Assembly (NCBI GenBank): GCA_964643955.1
Contig: CAZXUO010000004.1
Location: 3,882-67,881, forward strand
Direction: 5' to 3'
Source of the DNA: an uncultured Candidatus Saccharibacteria bacterium
GTDB lineage: Bacteria; Patescibacteriota; Minisyncoccia; Phycocordibacterales; UBA918
DNA: 64,000 nt
Positions 56,342 to 64,000 of the stretch are shown piece by piece (the stretch's first letter is position 1; each line of letters starts with the position of its first letter). Below the pieces are notes generated by a model that had not been told where the DNA came from, searched no databases, and saw nothing but the letters and a program-made list of their open reading frames with translations. The translations under genes and the position numbers were made by a program.

Positions 56342-58090
56342 ATGCGCACTCCGCTTCTACGATCGCGCGGTATGACATTCGTCGACGTCGTCGTCGGCAG
56401 TGCACTTATCTTGCTCGTGTTTACGGGCATTATGGCGGGCGTGCGACTCGGAGTCGAACTACTTGGTCTTGCACGCGCAGAACAAGGCGCGCTCTCTATC
56501 GCGACTGAAGAAATCGAATATATTCGTTCGCTTCCGTATGACGACGTCGCAACTTTTGGTGGTATTCCTGCGGGATCCATTCCGCAATCAGAGAGTGTGG
56601 AGCTCAATGGTATTACCTATACAAAGCGCGTGTTCGTGCAGTACATCGATGCGCCGGAAGATGGATCGGGAATCAATGATGAAAATGATATTGTTGCCGA
56701 CTACAAGCGTGTACGTGTGGGTGTCTCATGGGAGACACGCGGGAAGGAGTATGAGACGACACTCGTGACCAATGTCGCGCCGCTCGGTATCGAAACGATT
56801 GTAGGGGGAGGCACGCTCCAGATTCAAGTGTTTGATGCGCTCGTCACTCCCGTTGCAGGAGCAACGGTGCGCGTCACCAACGCCTCGACAAGTCCAGCAA
56901 TCGACGTGACGACCGAAACAGGAGACGATGGACTCGTCTTCTTTCCGGGAGCTCCCACCGCGTCGGGTTATTCAGTGGTCGTCTCAAAAGAGGGATACTC
57001 ATCAGCGCAAACATACGCAGTCTCTGCAGGTAACACGTCTCCAGATCCGGGCTTTGTGACGGTTGCTGAAGGTCAGACGTCCTCGCTCAGTTTTGCAATT
57101 GATCGACTTTCATCGATGGCGATCCGCACACAGCTTCCGGTGGAACCGGCGACAACAACCGATAGCTTCGATGACTCATCACTCGTTGCTGATGTCTCAG
57201 ATGTACAAGTCTCTGGCGGGGAGGCAACCTTGGCTTCAGGAGATCTTGGATACCAGAGCTCGGGAATGCTCTACTCAACAGAAGTTACTGATCCACTCAT
57301 GCATGCATGGACATCACTTTCGTGGACAGATGACGAGGGCGCAGGCACCAGCGCAACGTACCGTCTCTACTACATGGACACCAATGATGTGCGACAGCTC
57401 GTCCCTGATGCTGCGCTTTCAGGAAATGCTGCAGGCTTTACCACATCGCCGGTTGACCTCAGTGCGTTTGATGCGGCACAGTACGACTCGCTCATCGTCG
57501 GTATCGAGTTTGAGACCAATAATCCTGCCGTGACGCCATCGGTCGAGAGTTGGTCGCTTGCATACGAGGTGGGACCAACACCACTTCCTAATATTGATTT
57601 TGACTTACAGGGAGCAAAGACAATCGGATCTGTCGGCGAATTGACTCCGGTATATAAATACCAAGCGTCGCTCGCGACTGACGGTAATGGTGACTACGAT
57701 GCAGATGAACTTGAGTGGGATACGTACGAGCTTACCGTCCCTTCTTCAACCGGCTACGATATTTCTGAATTGTGTCCCGTGCAGCCGATTGTTTTGAATC
57801 CAAATACCGATCTCGATGTGTCGGTCACACTTGAGCCACATACCACACGGTCGCTCCGCGTAGTCGTTGTTGATCCAAGTGGCGTGGCGCTTCCTGATGC
57901 ATCCGTACGACTCTCGGGTACAGGATATGATGAAACAATGGAGACGTCAGATTGCGGACAAGTATTCTTTACCAATCCAGGAGTCGTGCAGTATGCACTC
58001 GACACGACGCTCGCTGGGTACATTGCCGACTTACGCACGCATACAGTCGAAGGCACGGACGTGGTGGTCGTGACACTTTCTCCAAATTAA
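56342..58090 (+). CDS. Minor-pilin-like protein with N-terminal prepilin-type helix and large beta-rich C-terminal domain
   Basis: RGMTFVDVVVGSALILLVF (G-x-T-F-V-D instead of canonical GFTLIE); CarboxypepD_reg-like segment. Confidence 0.45.
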   Translation: MRTPLLRSRGMTFVDVVVGSALILLVFTGIMAGVRLGVELLGLARAEQGALSIATEEIEYIRSLPYDDVATFGGIPAGSIPQSESVELNGITYTKRVFVQYIDAPEDGSGINDENDIVADYKRVRVGVSWETRGKEYETTLVTNVAPLGIETIVGGGTLQIQVFDALVTPVAGATVRVTNASTSPAIDVTTETGDDGLVFFPGAPTASGYSVVVSKEGYSSAQTYAVSAGNTSPDPGFVTVAEGQTSSLSFAIDRLSSMAIRTQLPVEPATTTDSFDDSSLVADVSDVQVSGGEATLASGDLGYQSSGMLYSTEVTDPLMHAWTSLSWTDDEGAGTSATYRLYYMDTNDVRQLVPDAALSGNAAGFTTSPVDLSAFDAAQYDSLIVGIEFETNNPAVTPSVESWSLAYEVGPTPLPNIDFDLQGAKTIGSVGELTPVYKYQASLATDGNGDYDADELEWDTYELTVPSSTGYDISELCPVQPIVLNPNTDLDVSVTLEPHTTRSLRVVVVDPSGVALPDASVRLSGTGYDETMETSDCGQVFFTNPGVVQYALDTTLAGYIADLRTHTVEGTDVVVVTLSPN

Positions 58091-58092
58091 AC

Positions 58093-58704
58093 ATGCGTAT
58101 CTCTTCACAACAAACATTGAGAAAAGGATTTTCCCTCGTCGAAGTAATCATTACGATTTCGATTTTCTCGGTGTTGTCGCTCGCTGTTTCGAGCACGATT
58201 GTACTTTTCTACAAGAGCAACGAAGAGCGTGTCGCGCAGTCAGCAGAAGTGCAGAGCGCTTCGCGCGCGTTGAAGTCAGCTGTCCGCGACTTCCGTGAGG
58301 CGACGTATGCGGACAACGGATCATTTCCGATTACTGAAGCTTCAGCGCACGAGGTGACCTTTTACAGCGATATTGATAAAGACGATAGCGAGGAGCTTGT
58401 CACCTACGTGCTCGATGGCACCAATCTCATGCGCGAGGTGACCAACCCCACCGGAAATCCGCCGACGTACCCGGGTACGCCGAGTGAGACCACACTTATC
58501 TCTGAGTATGTGCGCAACATTGCACAGTCGCAATCCACCTTCGTTTACTACAACAGCGATGGCGATGTGATTAGCGGTTCAGATGTTGCCGAGATCGCTT
58601 CGATTCAATTTCAGGTTATCGTCAACATTGATCCTGATGCTGCTCCTGGTTCGTTTAAGATTTCCTCTCGTGCAACACTCCGCAACCTCAAGACGAACCT
58701 GTAG
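58093..58704 (+). CDS. Type IV pilin / pseudopilin with canonical prepilin cleavage-methylation motif
   Basis: LRKGFSLVEVIITISIFSVLSLA class III signal; 203 aa. Confidence 0.7.
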   Translation: MRISSQQTLRKGFSLVEVIITISIFSVLSLAVSSTIVLFYKSNEERVAQSAEVQSASRALKSAVRDFREATYADNGSFPITEASAHEVTFYSDIDKDDSEELVTYVLDGTNLMREVTNPTGNPPTYPGTPSETTLISEYVRNIAQSQSTFVYYNSDGDVISGSDVAEIASIQFQVIVNIDPDAAPGSFKISSRATLRNLKTNL

Positions 58705-58729
58705 GATAACGAGTCGTTTTGGGTGAAGG

Positions 58730-60154
58730 GTGTTGGGTATACTTACACTATATATGTTTACGCGAGCACAGCGTACAAAAAATCTTTCGAAAGGACAGCT
58801 CGTCATCCTCATTCTTGTATTCGGATCGATTTTTCTTTTGATGCTCGCGTCGTTTCTTGGTTTGTTTATTACACAAAAGCGCTCCTCAGGCACTGCTGTA
58901 GAGCGAGAGCGCGCACTCCATATCGCCGAAGCAGGACTCGAGTACTACCGCTGGTACCTTGCACACAATCCAGGTGATATCACGAATGGTACGACAACAC
59001 CGCAGCCCTACATCCACCGCTACACGGATCCACAAACAGGACAGATCGGGCAGTTTGAGCTTACTGTAGAGGGAGCAAATGCTTCGTGCGGGCAAGTGGG
59101 CGCCATCGACATTACTTCGGTTGGATACACTGATGAAGATCCCGATACGAAACGAACTGTGCGCGGACGCTATGCGCGCCCGCTCGTTTCTGAGTATTCG
59201 TATGTGCTGAATGCGCCGTATACATTGATCGGTGCAGATCATGAGATCACTGGCCCGTATCACTCGAATGGCGATATTGAGATGGACGGCACCAATCATT
59301 CAATCATGACGAGTGCGCTTGAGGATGGTATCTACGGCGATGGCCCCAATGATGATTTGTGGCAGTTTCCGGTGCCGCCAGTTGATTTTGTCGGCATATC
59401 AGTCGATCTTTCGGCGATGAAAACTGCTGCGCAGAGCTCGGGTCTTCATTTTGGTCCGTCAAATAAGAAGGGATATCACGTGCTCTTTAAGTCAAACGGC
59501 ACCATTGAGGTGAGAAAGGTGAAGAGTACGTACAGCATGAATGCATATCGCGTTGATAATAATAACGAACAGACGGAAGATAATTTGATTAAAGAGCTCG
59601 AAAGCGCAACGACATACACTATTCCCAATAATTGCGCAATTTTGTTCTTTGAAGATCGCGTATGGGTAGAGGGGGTAGTCAACAAAAAAGTGACGCTTGT
59701 TGCTGCGCGTCCCGCGCACAGCACCGACCCGTCACTCATTCTCCCGGGAAATATAACCTATACAACCAACGATGGCTCCGCGGGACTTCTCGCGATTGCA
59801 GAAGATGATGTGCTCATCGCGCTCAATTCTCCTGAGGACATGACGATCAATGGTATTTTTGTCGCTCAGAAAGGATATTTTGGAAGAAATGGATATGGTA
59901 CCCGGGATAATGGTGTTCCAACAGGATATTCGAGTTACATAAAACAAGACGAGTTAGAAATTAATGGTACGATCATTTCAAACGGACGATCGGCAACTAA
60001 GTGGGTATCCGGCGGAGGCACGCTCTCTTCTGGGTATAACCATCGTGAAAGTTCTTACAATCGCACCCTTGTAGAAAATCCTCCACCAATGACTCCTGCA
60101 ACATCTGCTGATTACCAATTCATCGAGTGGAGAGAAGAAGTCGAAGCGCCATAG
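58730..60154 (+). CDS. PilX-like minor pilin paralog 1
   Basis: N-terminal hydrophobic helix then ALHIAEAGLEYYRWYL (PilX_N-like); first about 150 aa nearly identical to paralog 2. Confidence 0.45.
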   Translation: MLGILTLYMFTRAQRTKNLSKGQLVILILVFGSIFLLMLASFLGLFITQKRSSGTAVERERALHIAEAGLEYYRWYLAHNPGDITNGTTTPQPYIHRYTDPQTGQIGQFELTVEGANASCGQVGAIDITSVGYTDEDPDTKRTVRGRYARPLVSEYSYVLNAPYTLIGADHEITGPYHSNGDIEMDGTNHSIMTSALEDGIYGDGPNDDLWQFPVPPVDFVGISVDLSAMKTAAQSSGLHFGPSNKKGYHVLFKSNGTIEVRKVKSTYSMNAYRVDNNNEQTEDNLIKELESATTYTIPNNCAILFFEDRVWVEGVVNKKVTLVAARPAHSTDPSLILPGNITYTTNDGSAGLLAIAEDDVLIALNSPEDMTINGIFVAQKGYFGRNGYGTRDNGVPTGYSSYIKQDELEINGTIISNGRSATKWVSGGGTLSSGYNHRESSYNRTLVENPPPMTPATSADYQFIEWREEVEAP

Positions 60155-60157
60155 TGT

Positions 60158-61693
60158 ATGCATTCATCTCAACTAAAGCAGAAAGGATATTTTGTCATCA
60201 TGATTCTGGTCTTCGGATCGGTTTTTCTCCTCATGCTCACGGCCTTTACAGGTCTTCTGGTATCACAAAAGCGCTCCTCAGGCACTGCTGTAGAGCGAGA
60301 GCGTGCACTCCATATCGCCGAAGCAGGTCTCGAGTACTACCGCTGGTACCTCGCACACAATCCAGGTGATATCACGAATGGTACGACAACACCGCAGCCC
60401 TACATCCACCGCTACACGGATCCACAGACCGGGGAGGTGGGGCAATTTGAATTGACGGTAGAAGGTGCGCAGAGTGCGTGCGGATACATTGGTGCAGTCG
60501 ATATCACGTCGGTTGGTCGCCTCGATTCAGATCCCGACAAGCCGCGCGCCATCTTCGGTCGGTACACACGCCCAAACGTTGCTGAGTATGCGGCAATAAA
60601 TAATGTAGGGGTGTGGGTTGGCGGTGGTACCGAGATTAGTGGCCGGTGGCATTCAAATGGTGGCGTGCGCATGCAAGGCTACAACGATTCTGTGCTTACG
60701 AGCGCTGTAGAAACGTGGCTCTGTACCTCTTCGTACGGATGTACCCCAGACAGGACAGTGCCGGGAATTTATGGCTCTGGCGATGATTCTCTTTGGCAAT
60801 ACCCAGTGCCGCCGATAGATTTTGAGGGAATGGCAGTCGATCTTCTTGATATCAAGACGCGCGCGACTTCTGGCGGACGATACTTTGGCTCGGTAAGCGT
60901 GCCTCCACCCTCTTCAAATACCTTTAAAGGGTATCAGGTTATTTTCAAATCGGATGGTACCTTTGATGTATTTAAGGTGAAGAGCAATGCAGTAGATACA
61001 ACATGGGCGTATGACGAAGGTGGTGGAGGTGGTACGGGCTTTTGGTTTACTGATGAGATCCTCAAGTCGTCTCAGACGACGTGTGCAGCATCAAATCCGG
61101 GCAGCTCGAGCTGCACACGTGTTCTTGTGGGCAACTACACAATTCCAGACAACTGCAGTGTGCTCTTTTTTGAAGATCGTGTGTGGCTTGAGGGCGTCAT
61201 TACGAAGAAAGTTACCATGGCGGTTGGTGATCTCGTAAATGCGAATACGGATCGTTCTGCAATCATCCAAAATAACATCACCTATTCTCCTGACGACGGG
61301 ACTGCAGGCTTCTTACTTTTTGCAGAAAACGACGTAGTGATCCCGCTCAATATGCCAAATAATATGACCATCAATGGTATTTTTGTTGCCCAGAAAGGTG
61401 CGTTTGGTCGACACAAGTATTGTCCAGGCAACTGTTCTCCAGATCGTCAGGGTGGTAGTGAAGCAATGAACTCAAGTTATACGTCACATCGTATGAAAGA
61501 TTCCCTTACGATAAATGGAACACGTGTTTCTTACGGCAAGGCTGTCTTTTACTACTCAGAAAGTACTTCAGGCGTTCGAGACCGAACGTATTCATACGAT
61601 ACCGATCTGATCGACGATCCGCCGCCGCTTATTCCATCGACGTCTGAGGATTATCGCTTCACTATTTGGGAGGAAGTGCCGGTCGAGGAGTAG
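60158..61693 (+). CDS. PilX-like minor pilin paralog 2
   Basis: Same N-terminal module (nt about 60264-60434, about 97% identical to about 58863-59033), divergent remainder. Confidence 0.45.
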   Translation: MHSSQLKQKGYFVIMILVFGSVFLLMLTAFTGLLVSQKRSSGTAVERERALHIAEAGLEYYRWYLAHNPGDITNGTTTPQPYIHRYTDPQTGEVGQFELTVEGAQSACGYIGAVDITSVGRLDSDPDKPRAIFGRYTRPNVAEYAAINNVGVWVGGGTEISGRWHSNGGVRMQGYNDSVLTSAVETWLCTSSYGCTPDRTVPGIYGSGDDSLWQYPVPPIDFEGMAVDLLDIKTRATSGGRYFGSVSVPPPSSNTFKGYQVIFKSDGTFDVFKVKSNAVDTTWAYDEGGGGGTGFWFTDEILKSSQTTCAASNPGSSSCTRVLVGNYTIPDNCSVLFFEDRVWLEGVITKKVTMAVGDLVNANTDRSAIIQNNITYSPDDGTAGFLLFAENDVVIPLNMPNNMTINGIFVAQKGAFGRHKYCPGNCSPDRQGGSEAMNSSYTSHRMKDSLTINGTRVSYGKAVFYYSESTSGVRDRTYSYDTDLIDDPPPLIPSTSEDYRFTIWEEVPVEE

Positions 61694-61705
61694 GGGTGAA
61701 CGAGA

Positions 61706-61741
61706 AAAAGAGGTCGCGGGCGTAGCCCGCGGCCTCTTTTT
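61706..61741 (+). terminator. Rho-independent terminator after pilus locus
   Basis: aaaaagaggtcgcgggc-gta-gcccgcggcctcttttt. Confidence 0.7.
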
Positions 61742-61762
61742 CTCCGTGGTACAATCGGAGCA

Positions 61763-62548
61763 ATGAAAGCGAAAACAACACCAAAACGGCTGGTTGTCGG
61801 CAACTGGAAGATGAATCCACTGACGATTGGAAAGGCGAAAGAGCTCTTTATCGACATACGAAAAGAATCGTCGCGTCGCACCGGCGTCGAGACAGTCATC
61901 GCTGCGCCTGCGGTGTATCTTGCAGAATTGCGAAAGCTCACCAATGGTGTAAATACAAAGCTCGGCGCACAAGATGTCTTTTGGGAGAAAGAGGGAACAT
62001 ACACAGGTGAGATTTCAGTACCGATGCTCGAAAGCCTCGGTGTATCACACGTCATCATCGGCCACTCAGAACGCCGCGCACTCGGAGAGACCGATGATCA
62101 CGTACATAAGAAAGTCGCGGCAACGCTGAAGGCAGGACTTACGGCTATTGTATGTGTCGGAGAGTCTGATCGCGATGCGCACGGGAAATATCTTTCAGTT
62201 GTTGAAGATCAACTTCGCAGCGCATGCGCAGAGGTGCCCAAGGCCATGCTCAAGCGTCTGGTTGTCGCCTATGAGCCTGTGTGGGCCATCAGTACTGGAA
62301 ATGGAAAGGGGAAGACCGCGACACCCGCAGATGTGCATGAGATGGCGATTTTTATCCGTCGCATTCTCACCAGTATTCATGATCGTCCATCAGCTGACCG
62401 CGTCCGTATTCTTTATGGTGGCTCAGTGAACGAAGAAAACGCCGCACTGCTTTTTTCTGACGGTATGGTCGACGGTTTCCTCGTCGGCGGCGTAAGTCTC
62501 AAGTCAAAAGCATTTGCTGAAATCCTCTCAATAGCACAGAAGTCCTAG
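61763..62548 (+). CDS. tpiA: Triosephosphate isomerase
   Basis: LVVGNWKMN, ...IGHSERR..., GGSV motifs. Confidence 0.9.
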   Translation: MKAKTTPKRLVVGNWKMNPLTIGKAKELFIDIRKESSRRTGVETVIAAPAVYLAELRKLTNGVNTKLGAQDVFWEKEGTYTGEISVPMLESLGVSHVIIGHSERRALGETDDHVHKKVAATLKAGLTAIVCVGESDRDAHGKYLSVVEDQLRSACAEVPKAMLKRLVVAYEPVWAISTGNGKGKTATPADVHEMAIFIRRILTSIHDRPSADRVRILYGGSVNEENAALLFSDGMVDGFLVGGVSLKSKAFAEILSIAQKS

Positions 62549-62551
62549 TGT

Positions 62552-63676
62552 ATGCCATTTTCTTCTATCGAAGAGGTTAAAGATTTGAAAGGGAAGCGTG
62601 TGATTTTACGTGCTGGTCTCAATGTGCCGCTTGTTGATGGTGTGGTGCGCGATGCATTTCGTCTTACGCAAGCACTCCCGACCATACAGTTTCTGGTTGA
62701 GCGCGGTGCACGCGTGGTGGTGCTTGCCCACATTGGCCGCGAACCGCACGAGACTTTGAAGCCCGTGTATGATGCGCTTACCAAATACATACCTGCTACG
62801 TGGGCAGGAGGCCTGCTTGGTGAAGAGGTGGATCAAAAGGTGGCAGCGCTCAAAGATGGCGAGGTGCTCCTGCTCGAGAATCTTCGCAGTGATGTGCGTG
62901 AAGAAGAAAACAACGAATCGTTTGCCCGCGCACTTGCGCTCCACGGAGATCTCTATGTAAACGATGCATTTGCCGACTCACATCGCGCGCATGCGTCGAT
63001 TGTTGGTATTCCAAAGTATCTCCCTGCATACGCGGGACAACTTTTTGTGAAAGAGTACGAAGCGCTTAAAAAAGCATTTACACCAGCCCATCCCGCACTC
63101 TTTATTCTCGGTGGTGCAAAGTTTGAAACAAAAATGCCGCTCGTCTCGCGTTTTGTAAAGGAATACGATCACGTCTTCATCGGCGGCGCACTTGCAAATG
63201 ATTTTTATAAAGCGCGCGGATACGAAGTGGGGGCATCAAAAGTTTCTGACATCGATCTCTCGGGCTCGCCGCTGCTCAATGACGACCGTGTCATTATCCC
63301 TGCGGATGTTGTGGTTGATGGTCCAGAAGGCCGTCGTACGATAAAGGCGGATGCAGTTGCTCCTGGGGAATCGATCCTCGACGCCGGACCTGAGTCCATG
63401 AAAGTCCTCGAGATACTTATCAAGAATGCGCACACGATTCTTTGGAATGGTCCGCTTGGAAATTTTGAAAAAGGATACAGCGATGCGACGGATGCCGTTG
63501 CACAGATGATTGCAGAATCATCGGCAACATCTATTTTAGGCGGTGGCGATACGGTCGCTGCAATCGAGAAGCTCAAGCTCGATAAGAAATTTTGTTTTGT
63601 CTCGACCGCAGGTGGTGCGATGCTTGTCTTCCTTGAGACCGAGACTCTTCCGGGTATTGAAGCGCTCAAGCGCTAG
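62552..63676 (+). CDS. pgk: Phosphoglycerate kinase
   Basis: N- and C-domain PGK motifs (RAGLNVP, NGPLGNFE, GGGDT). Confidence 0.9.
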   Translation: MPFSSIEEVKDLKGKRVILRAGLNVPLVDGVVRDAFRLTQALPTIQFLVERGARVVVLAHIGREPHETLKPVYDALTKYIPATWAGGLLGEEVDQKVAALKDGEVLLLENLRSDVREEENNESFARALALHGDLYVNDAFADSHRAHASIVGIPKYLPAYAGQLFVKEYEALKKAFTPAHPALFILGGAKFETKMPLVSRFVKEYDHVFIGGALANDFYKARGYEVGASKVSDIDLSGSPLLNDDRVIIPADVVVDGPEGRRTIKADAVAPGESILDAGPESMKVLEILIKNAHTILWNGPLGNFEKGYSDATDAVAQMIAESSATSILGGGDTVAAIEKLKLDKKFCFVSTAGGAMLVFLETETLPGIEALKR

Positions 63677-64000
63677 CTATCCGAGTGCAGTGCGGATTTT
63701 TTCTGCAAACGTATTGATCTCACCCTCCGCATAGGAGGTTTTTTTGAGATTGCCAAAGACGCCATCGTTTTCAAAGCGGGGGATGATATGCATGTGTGCA
63801 TGAAAGACTTCTTGTCCTGCAGCAGGCTCGTTGTTCATGACAATATTCACGCCATCTGCACCGAGTGATTCCTTTAGTGCGCGCGCAATCATGTGCGCGG
63901 TCGCGGCCATTGCGAGAAAGGTCTCTCGATCAAGATCAAAGATATTGCGGAACTTTTGTTTCGGTACGACAAGCACGTGGCCTTTATTGTTTGGGTGGAT
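63677..64000 (-). CDS. HIT-family protein (N-terminus beyond window)
   Basis: Histidine triad HAHMHIIPR; ORF continues past window edge. Confidence 0.7.
   Translation of the reverse strand: MHPNNKGHVLVVPKQKFRNIFDLDRETFLAMAATAHMIARALKESLGADGVNIVMNNEPAAGQEVFHAHMHIIPRFENDGVFGNLKKTSYAEGEINTFAEKIRTALG

Noticed and set aside
1-64000. CRISPR arrays, rRNA genes, IS/transposase genes
   Set aside because: No short regularly spaced repeats, no rRNA-like conserved stretches and no transposase/integrase ORF other than the chromosomal xerC/D-type recombinase were seen.

Overview
Window of about 64 kb with compact, largely syntenic housekeeping genes (yebC-ruvC, PBP1A, dnaA-dnaN, rpmH-rnpA-yidC, rsmA, pcrA, rpsO, xerC/D, cca, hup, rny, rarA, clpP-tig, ppa, nusA, tpiA-pgk) and four tRNAs. 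By inference the gene content resembles a Patescibacteria/CPR-like or other reduced-genome bacterium: standalone prephenate dehydratase, PurN-like formyltransferase, ECF sigma with a DUF5667-like anti-sigma factor, and both a T4SS-like and a type IV pilus cluster. Two accessory systems stand out. (1) A roughly 12.5 kb minus-strand cluster (8056-20527) transcribed downstream of rsmA: PrgI/VirB3-like protein, a VirB4 ATPase split into two adjacent ORFs, a VirB6-like polytopic membrane protein, several secreted or membrane proteins, and two paralogous pilin-like genes whose 5' 480 bp are identical while the C-terminal domains differ. (2) A type IV pilus locus (53350-61693): pilB, pilC, a canonical prepilin, a large minor-pilin-like protein and two tandem PilX-like paralogs. 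Other notable items: a probable oriC around dnaA with DnaA-box-like 9-mers; an about 85-bp palindromic intergenic element in two copies with conserved core and covarying arms; a GC-rich island (about 65% GC versus about 50% elsewhere) without long ORFs but with three SD-led short ORFs; a duplicated tRNA-Arg 3' end in the leader of cca; and a 14-bp CATATG-centred palindrome family around yraN. No rRNA, CRISPR array or transposase was recognised.
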